Source: Muribaculaceae bacterium (GTDB lineage Bacteria > Bacteroidota > Bacteroidia > Bacteroidales > Muribaculaceae). Taken from it: a stretch of DNA of 64,000 bases. The stretch is from the NCBI GenBank assembly GCA_017557425.1, contig JAFYYU010000007.1, forward strand, positions 13,450 to 77,449, read 5' to 3'. Shown piece after piece: positions 57,950 to 64,000 of this stretch. The stretch's first letter is position 1; the number at the start of each line of letters is the position of its first letter. The position numbers and the translations under genes were made by a program. A model generated the notes under the pieces. It was not told the origin of the DNA. It did not search any database and saw only the letters and a program-made list of their open reading frames with translations.

Positions 57950-58576
57950 TTATTGCCTCTTGAGCTCAAATCCCACCATCACGTCCTCATAATTGTCGAG
58001 AAGCGTCGACAGCGCCTTGATGGCCGAACTGTCACTGAAGCGCCCCACCAGGGATATCAGCTTCAACAGCTTGTCAGAGTCAAACGTGAGGTGCAGTTTC
58101 TTTTTGCCGTCACGCTTGAGGTTGGCACTCATGGGCACGCCATGCCATTTGAAGGTGATTTTCTCGGTGGAGGGGTTATAGTTGTAGGTGCCCTTAACGC
58201 TTGCTCCCAGCATCTTGATCGAGCAGGTCCCGTCCTCGTTGAACATGAACTGCGGACGCGCCTTGTCCAGCCCGATTTTTTTGAATGCGTTCTTGAGTTT
58301 CTTCTTCAGTTTGCCTTTGGCAATGGGCTTGGCAATGCCCGCTAAGAGGTTTTTGCCGCTCACACCGACGCTGGGCGCGTTGTATTTCCAATCGCCCTGC
58401 AAGGCCCGGTTGATTCTCAGGGTCTCGTTGGCGATATCCTCCTCGGTCATCGTAAACACGTCATCGGGATGCAGGCCCCTTCCCGCATTGTGGCGCGACG
58501 AGCTGCAACTCGTTGTCACGGGCACCATCAGGGCCGCCATGACACAGAAAAAAACTATAAAACGTCTCATTGTCAT
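57950..58576 (-). CDS. Lipoprotein (DUF4923-like)
   Basis: Lipobox TTS-C; GDWKYNAP...GTY.Y...GFELK. Confidence 0.7.
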   Translation of the reverse strand: MTMRRFIVFFCVMAALMVPVTTSCSSSRHNAGRGLHPDDVFTMTEEDIANETLRINRALQGDWKYNAPSVGVSGKNLLAGIAKPIAKGKLKKKLKNAFKKIGLDKARPQFMFNEDGTCSIKMLGASVKGTYNYNPSTEKITFKWHGVPMSANLKRDGKKKLHLTFDSDKLLKLISLVGRFSDSSAIKALSTLLDNYEDVMVGFELKRQ

Positions 58577-58733
58577 AAAATTTTGACGCAAATATAACGC
58601 TATTTTTCCAAAAATCATTTCCCAAAACGGCATAGATATAAAAAAAATAGTACCTTTGCAGGCTGTCAATCATTTACAGCATCGAAAAACGCTAAGAATA
58701 TTTTACAAAATCATAAATCAAAAACAACGAATT

Positions 58734-59876
58734 ATGGTAGTAGGTTACGGTGGACGCAAGATTATCATGAAGAATGATGATACGTCATATTATGGACGCA
58801 TCTTGATCAAGGCATTAGCCAAGAACTATCCTGATAATTACTACATCCTGTACTCTCCCGAGAACGAGTCGAACAAGCGTCTCACGGCATTATTCAACGA
58901 GGATAGCGTGCGTGTGAAATTCCCGCGCAGCCACATCCACAACAAGAACGGCTGGTACACTAAAAACGGCATCGTCCGCTCGGCCAAGGGTCATGGTGTG
59001 AACACGTTCCATGGTATCGACGACGGCATCGCCTCGGGATTCTCCGGCAGCAACTTCCCGACGGTGTTCACTATGACGGATCCTCTCTATCGCAATGCCA
59101 GCGGATGGGTAGAACGGATGCTCATGCAACGCCGTGCCCGCAAGGCGTGCAAGATCGCCAAGCGTATAATTGCCCTCAACGAGGTTGACCGCCAGACGAT
59201 TATCGACCATTATCACGTTAAGCCTGACGATGTCGAGGTGGTACACCCCTGCTTCTTTGACGGTTGTGACGAGTCGGTTCCTGATAACATGTTTGAAATC
59301 CTGCGCGAGAAATATCATCTGCCCGAGCGTTTTGTCTTGTATAAGGGACGCTTGGATAAGAATGACAACCTGACCGAGGCCATGCAACTGGTACATGCAT
59401 TGCGCAACAACAAGATTTCGATCGTGATGCTGGGATACCGCACCAACCACTTTGACCGCGTCATCAAGGAGGAGGCCCACAACATTCACATGTTCCACCG
59501 CTTCAAACAGGTGGACAAGATACACCTGGCCGACCTCACCGCAGTGTGCAAGATGGCAAAGGCTGTGATTATTCCTAATACCGACCGTGCGCGTGACCTG
59601 TACAAAATCATCAACGCACAGCGCAGCGGCGCAATCGTGATCTGTAAAGATTCGGCCAAGGCGCGCGAGATTGGCGGCGACGGTGCCATCTACTATGACG
59701 ACATCCATCAGGGTGCCGACATGCTGAGCGATGTGCTTGAGGACGAGAACAAGAAAGCCGCATTGCTGGAGGCTGCACGCGCCAATACCGAGCGATTCAC
59801 GGCCAAGGTATTAGCCGACCACATGATCCACATCTACCGCTCGATATTGACTCACCGTCGACTCTACCAACAGTAA
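58734..59876 (+). CDS. GT-B/GT4-like glycosyltransferase with degenerate catalytic motif
   Basis: KYHLPERFVLYKGRL, EIGGDGAIY, ERFT pattern; the EX7E position reads DRARDLYKIINA. Confidence 0.7.
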   Translation: MVVGYGGRKIIMKNDDTSYYGRILIKALAKNYPDNYYILYSPENESNKRLTALFNEDSVRVKFPRSHIHNKNGWYTKNGIVRSAKGHGVNTFHGIDDGIASGFSGSNFPTVFTMTDPLYRNASGWVERMLMQRRARKACKIAKRIIALNEVDRQTIIDHYHVKPDDVEVVHPCFFDGCDESVPDNMFEILREKYHLPERFVLYKGRLDKNDNLTEAMQLVHALRNNKISIVMLGYRTNHFDRVIKEEAHNIHMFHRFKQVDKIHLADLTAVCKMAKAVIIPNTDRARDLYKIINAQRSGAIVICKDSAKAREIGGDGAIYYDDIHQGADMLSDVLEDENKKAALLEAARANTERFTAKVLADHMIHIYRSILTHRRLYQQ

Positions 59877-59896
59877 TCAGCGTAACCACACAACAC

Positions 59897-59938
59897 AAAG
59901 CGGCAATGGACCACACAACATCCATTGCCGCTTTTTTT
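59897..59938. terminator. Bidirectional intrinsic terminator
   Basis: AAAGCGGCAATGGA...TCCATTGCCGCTTTTTTT between convergent genes. Confidence 0.8.
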
Positions 59939-59962
59939 ATGTCAAAGGATTAACCAGGCCTA

Positions 59963-60829
59963 TTACCGTCGGTCGGTGCCCCAGAGGAGCTTCTGGCGCA
60001 AGGTGCTGGCAAAGTTGTTGCCGGTCAATTGGACGACACGGGCACAATGGGCGGCGCGCTTGATGGTCAAGGCCGAGCCGGTCGGACATAAAGTGACTTC
60101 GCCATCGATACTCACCTCGTAATGCGTCGCACGGGTGTGGGTCCGCACGGCGATAATGCTGTCGTCGCGCACGACAAGCGGACGCATAGTCAACGAGTGG
60201 GGCGAGATAGGCGACAACACCAGGCAGGAGGTCGTGGGCTCCAGAATGGGGCCGCCAACGCTCATATTATAAGCTGTGGACCCTGTTGGCGTGCTGATAA
60301 TCAGTCCGTCCCCGCGATAGGTGGTAAGGCTGTTGCTGCGAAGGCTGGTTTCCATGTCGAGCATCGATGAGGTGTCGTGACGTAGGATGGCCACCTCGTT
60401 CAATGCCCACGGATGAGGGATCTCCACCTGGTCGCACTCCACCTGTAACATGGTACGTTCCTCGATACGGTAATTGCCGGCCAAAACGTCGTCAATGATG
60501 CTGTTGTTCTTGTCAAGGTTTCCGGTGGTGAGATAACCCAGATGCCCGAGATTGATACCCAAGATGGGCATCCCCATGCGTGACACCCACATCGCCGTGG
60601 TGAGGAAAGTGCCGTCACCCCCCAGCGAAAGCGCCATATCGGCGTCTATCACACGGTCAGCCTCGAATGACGCAATCCCGCAGGCATTGTCACCGCAAAG
60701 GTGATGCAGATACTCTCGCTCTACAGCGATGTCCAGACCGCGGTGCTGCAGATAATCCAACAGTGACATGACCTTGGCGGTATCATCGTGATGATAGGTG
60801 TTTCCAAAAATGACTAATCGTTTTATCAT
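59963..60829 (-). CDS. nadK: NAD kinase
   Basis: LGGDGTFL, GINLGHLGYL, LNE, STPTGSTAY. Confidence 0.95.
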   Translation of the reverse strand: MIKRLVIFGNTYHHDDTAKVMSLLDYLQHRGLDIAVEREYLHHLCGDNACGIASFEADRVIDADMALSLGGDGTFLTTAMWVSRMGMPILGINLGHLGYLTTGNLDKNNSIIDDVLAGNYRIEERTMLQVECDQVEIPHPWALNEVAILRHDTSSMLDMETSLRSNSLTTYRGDGLIISTPTGSTAYNMSVGGPILEPTTSCLVLSPISPHSLTMRPLVVRDDSIIAVRTHTRATHYEVSIDGEVTLCPTGSALTIKRAAHCARVVQLTGNNFASTLRQKLLWGTDRR

Positions 60830-60840
60830 AATGGCAGTAT

Positions 60841-62691
60841 CTAATTATTGTGTTCTATTGGTTGAGTCTTGCCAACGCTTTCCGGCTGGCTGAATGCGTC
60901 AATAAGGGCATGGGCCTTGACGGGGCCTACGAGGGCTGCCAGTTCTTCCTCACTGGCCTCACGTATGCGCTTTAATGACTTGAATTGCTTGAGCAGCAAG
61001 GTGCGGGTCTTGGGGCCGATGCCCGGCACGTTGTCAAGGGCACTGCGCACCTGGCCCTTGCTGCGCTGTTTGCGGTGGAAGGTGATGGCAAAACGGTGTG
61101 CCTCGTCCCTCAAACGCTGAATCACATGCAGCGTCTCGCTGTTCTTGTCGATGTACAGGGGAACGCTGTCTCCCGGGAAAAACACCTCATTCAGGCGTTT
61201 GGCAATACCCACGACGGTCATTTGGCCGTGCAACCCGATGCTCTCGAGCGCATCGAGCGCCGAAGTTACCTGTCCCTTGCCGCCATCGACAATCAACAGC
61301 TGCGGCAGCTCCTGACCTTCCTGCATCAGGCGGCTGTAACGCCGAATGATTACCTCGCGCATCGAAGCGAAGTCATCACTGCCTTCTACCGTCTTGATGT
61401 TGAAGTGGCGGTACTCTTTCTTGGATGGCTTGGCATTGCGGAACACCACACACGACGCGACAGGGCTTGATCCGCTGATGTTGCTGTTGTCAAAGCACTC
61501 CACATGGCGCGGCAACACCGTCATGCGCAGGTCGCGCTGCATCGTGGTGAGCGTACGTGTCATACGCTGCTCGGGATTGAGCTTTTCCATGGCCCGCAGG
61601 CGGTCAGTGCGCTTTTGCACAGCATTCTTGACGGCGATGTCGAGCAGTTTTTTCTTGTCGCCGCGCTGCGGTATGGAGAAGGTGATGCCCTCAAATTCTA
61701 CATCAGGCATAACGTTGACGACGACCTCGGTAACCTTGTCGCGCCGATAGGTGTCGGCAAAGCGCTGATGCACCTCCAAGATAGCCATCGACATGATTTC
61801 GGCATCTGTCTCTTCCCGGGTCGAGAGGCGGTACTCCAGGGTGATCGACTGCACCACTGCCCCACCCCGCATGTGCATGTAACTGACCCATGCGGCATCA
61901 TCGTCGCGCAACAAGCCCAAAACGTCAATATTGTGGATACTGGGGCTGACAATAACCGAGCGCCGCCTAACATGTTCCAGCAGTTTGTACCGGCGTTTGA
62001 TGATTTCAGCCTCTTCAAAGCGCAATTCGCTGGCCAATTGTTGCATCTGCTCCATGAGCAGGTCCATCAGCTGGTGCGTGTCACCATTAAGGATCTGGCG
62101 TATCTCGCTAATGTAGTCCCCATATTGCTCAGCACTCACCAGCCCCTTGCAGCAACCCTCGCAGCGGTGGATGTGGTATTGCAGGCACAGGCGGTGTTTA
62201 TCCGCATCAATTGTTTCACGTGAAACGTGCAGGCGACAGGTACGCAGCGGATAAATCTGGCGGATGGTGTCAATGAGCACCTTGGCCACCTCAGCCCTTG
62301 GATATGGGCCATAGAAGCGATCCCCCTTTGCTCTGGCATCTCGCGTGATATAAACACGCGGATACAAATCTCCTGATATGCATATCCAGGGGTAGCTCTT
62401 GTCGTCCTTAAGCAGGACATTATACCTCGGCTGGTACTCCTTAATGAGGGAATTCTCAAGGTCGAGCGCTTCTTCCTCAGTATTGACAACGGTGTACTCC
62501 ACGTCGGCAATGTTGCGCACAAGCATAGTCGTGCGCCGCGAGGCATGCTCACGATTGAAGTAGGAATTGACGCGACGCTTGAGGTTCTTGGCCTTACCGA
62601 CGTAGATGATGGCGCCCTCCCGATTGCGGTAGCGGTAAACGCCAGGCCCTTCGGGAAGCAGCGACAGTTTCAACTTCAAGTCGTCGGTCAT
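60841..62691 (-). CDS. uvrC: Excinuclease ABC subunit C
   Basis: GVY...YVGKAKNLKRRV.SYF, ECFDNS, DGGKGQ, RDEAHRFAI, C-terminal HhH. Confidence 0.97.
   Translation of the reverse strand: MTDDLKLKLSLLPEGPGVYRYRNREGAIIYVGKAKNLKRRVNSYFNREHASRRTTMLVRNIADVEYTVVNTEEEALDLENSLIKEYQPRYNVLLKDDKSYPWICISGDLYPRVYITRDARAKGDRFYGPYPRAEVAKVLIDTIRQIYPLRTCRLHVSRETIDADKHRLCLQYHIHRCEGCCKGLVSAEQYGDYISEIRQILNGDTHQLMDLLMEQMQQLASELRFEEAEIIKRRYKLLEHVRRRSVIVSPSIHNIDVLGLLRDDDAAWVSYMHMRGGAVVQSITLEYRLSTREETDAEIMSMAILEVHQRFADTYRRDKVTEVVVNVMPDVEFEGITFSIPQRGDKKKLLDIAVKNAVQKRTDRLRAMEKLNPEQRMTRTLTTMQRDLRMTVLPRHVECFDNSNISGSSPVASCVVFRNAKPSKKEYRHFNIKTVEGSDDFASMREVIIRRYSRLMQEGQELPQLLIVDGGKGQVTSALDALESIGLHGQMTVVGIAKRLNEVFFPGDSVPLYIDKNSETLHVIQRLRDEAHRFAITFHRKQRSKGQVRSALDNVPGIGPKTRTLLLKQFKSLKRIREASEEELAALVGPVKAHALIDAFSQPESVGKTQPIEHNN
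62212..62227. promoter_or_regulatory. parS-like site inside uvrC
   Basis: TGTTTCACGTGAAACG, 15/16 to the palindromic parS consensus TGTTTCACGTGAAACA. Confidence 0.7.
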
Positions 62692-62717
62692 GGCTACAAA
62701 AAACGAGCAGACAATTC

Positions 62718-63251
62718 CTAGAATGTGAACAGCGAGGTCACCTCGACATCGGGCGGGAACACGTCACGACCATTCAGATCGGCCAGGTCACAGATGAAGT
62801 TGATGTAGATTTTCTTGGGATTCATGGACTTCACCAGTTCGTAGGCCGCGAGCATCGTGCCGCCTGTTGCGAGCAGGTCGTCATGGATGACCACCACATC
62901 ATCGGGGGTGATGGCATCCTTGTGTATCTCGATGGTGTCGGTTCCATATTCCTTGGAATAGGATTTCTGGATGACCTCGGCGGGCAGTTTTCCGGGTTTG
63001 CGCAAGGGCACGAATCCGGCATTGAGCTGGGTGGCGAGGATAGCGCCGCCGATAAAGCCGCGAGCCTCGATGCCCACGACACGGGTTACGCCCTTATCAC
63101 GGTAAAGGTCAGTCATGGCACGCGTCATGATTTGGAGCGCCTCTGTGTCCTTGAATGCGGTGGTCAGGTCCTTGAACTGGATGCCTGGAACAGGGAAGTC
63201 CGGAATGTTGCGAACAACGCTTTTAACTCTTTCTAATTCTTGCTTATTCAT
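62718..63251 (-). CDS. apt: Adenine phosphoribosyltransferase
   Basis: IPDFP.PGIQFKD, EARGF, RKPGKLP, EYG, DDLLATGGT. Confidence 0.97.
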   Translation of the reverse strand: MNKQELERVKSVVRNIPDFPVPGIQFKDLTTAFKDTEALQIMTRAMTDLYRDKGVTRVVGIEARGFIGGAILATQLNAGFVPLRKPGKLPAEVIQKSYSKEYGTDTIEIHKDAITPDDVVVIHDDLLATGGTMLAAYELVKSMNPKKIYINFICDLADLNGRDVFPPDVEVTSLFTF

Positions 63252-63277
63252 TGTAAATCAATGTATTAGGTAATTAT

Positions 63278-63293
63278 TGTTTCACGTGGAACA
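63278..63293. promoter_or_regulatory. parS site between mnmG and apt
   Basis: TGTTTCACGTGGAACA. Confidence 0.8.
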
Positions 63294-63295
63294 TA

Positions 63296-64000
63296 TTATC
63301 TGCCCAACAGGGCGAGCAGAATATTGATGTCGCTGGGAGACACGCCCGGGATGCGGGAAGCCTGCCCCACGGTCTCGGGGTCTATGGCCTGCAGTTTCTG
63401 ACGGGCCTCGGTGGAGATCTGGTGTATCTGGGCATAATCAAATTTGCCCTTGAGGGTCACGTTATCGAGCCGTGCGACACGGTCGGCAATGAGCGTCTCG
63501 CGCTGGATGTAGCCCTTGTACTTGATAGCGATTTCGGCCGCTTCAATGATTTCGTCACGTCGTGCCTCCTCCAGGTGATCAAGTTGGGCGCGCAACTCTG
63601 GAATGGCTGAGGCAAGCAGCTCGATGCCCAATTGTGGCCTCAGCAACAAATCGTGCAGTCGTTGTCCCTGGGTTAATGGCTGTAATCCGTTTGCCTCCAA
63701 CATGGGGTTAATGGCGGCTGCCTTGACCGTGAATTGCTGACTGAAGGCGATCAACTGTTCTATCTGTTCACGCTTGGAACACATCAGGTCGTACCTTTCC
63801 TGTGTCGCAAGTCCCAGGTGATAGCTTTTCTCGGTAAGCCGCATGTCAGCGTCGTCCTGACGCAGCAAGATACGGTGCTCGGCACGCGAAGTGAACATGC
63901 GATAGGGCTCGTCCACGCCACAGGTCACCAAGTCATCGATGAGGACACCGACATAAGCCTCGTTGCGGGCCAGGGTGAACGGCTCGCCGTCCGTTACATT
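63296..64000 (-). CDS. mnmG: tRNA uridine 5-carboxymethylaminomethyl modification enzyme (C-terminal part)
   Basis: EAYVGVLIDDLVT.GVDEPYRMFTSRAE.R..LRQD; KYKGYI; QASRIPGVSPSDI. Continues past the right edge. Confidence 0.96.
   Translation of the reverse strand, partial: NVTDGEPFTLARNEAYVGVLIDDLVTCGVDEPYRMFTSRAEHRILLRQDDADMRLTEKSYHLGLATQERYDLMCSKREQIEQLIAFSQQFTVKAAAINPMLEANGLQPLTQGQRLHDLLLRPQLGIELLASAIPELRAQLDHLEEARRDEIIEAAEIAIKYKGYIQRETLIADRVARLDNVTLKGKFDYAQIHQISTEARQKLQAIDPETVGQASRIPGVSPSDINILLALLGR

Noticed and set aside
1-64000. CRISPR arrays, rRNA, prophage structural genes
   Set aside because: None recognised on either strand by eye.

Overview
Bacteroidales-type chromosomal window, judged from TAnnTTTG promoters, a T9SS-type C-terminus, a dockerin-bearing secreted protein and the apt-uvrC-nadK-mnmG order. 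Two parS sites beside mnmG suggest it lies near oriC. Left arm (1-7.8 kb, GC-rich): a co-oriented minus-strand operon encoding a vWA-like lipoprotein, a 4-TM protein, a divergent FtsZ/tubulin-like GTPase, a 1147-aa protein with a C-terminal actin/Hsp70-fold ATPase, and a secreted/TM coiled-coil protein cut by the window edge. This is the best candidate for an uncharacterised system. Secreted peptidases and a phosphoesterase follow. Middle (~11.7-43.1 kb, visibly AT-richer): an integrative island carrying a CXXX-repeat radical-SAM RiPP cluster bracketed by two paralogous secreted proteins, a HEPN-motif protein, an IS5-family element, an OLD-family nuclease, a type-4-like BREX locus (XRE-brxP-brxC-pglZ-brxL), a primase/DUF3987/xis module with no relaxase, twin candidate sRNAs, a Fic protein and a tyrosine integrase. 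Beside the integrase is an attP-like arm-core-arm site whose core resembles a tRNA-Leu 3' end, but no tRNA gene was seen. Right arm (43.3-64 kb): mostly core genes, including a 5'-nucleotidase, a five-module fused flavo/Fe-S oxidoreductase, T9SS cargo with an AraC sensor, an LTA-synthase-like sulfatase, GH3, a degenerate GT4, nadK, uvrC, apt and mnmG. All family assignments come from motif reading and recall, not database searches.
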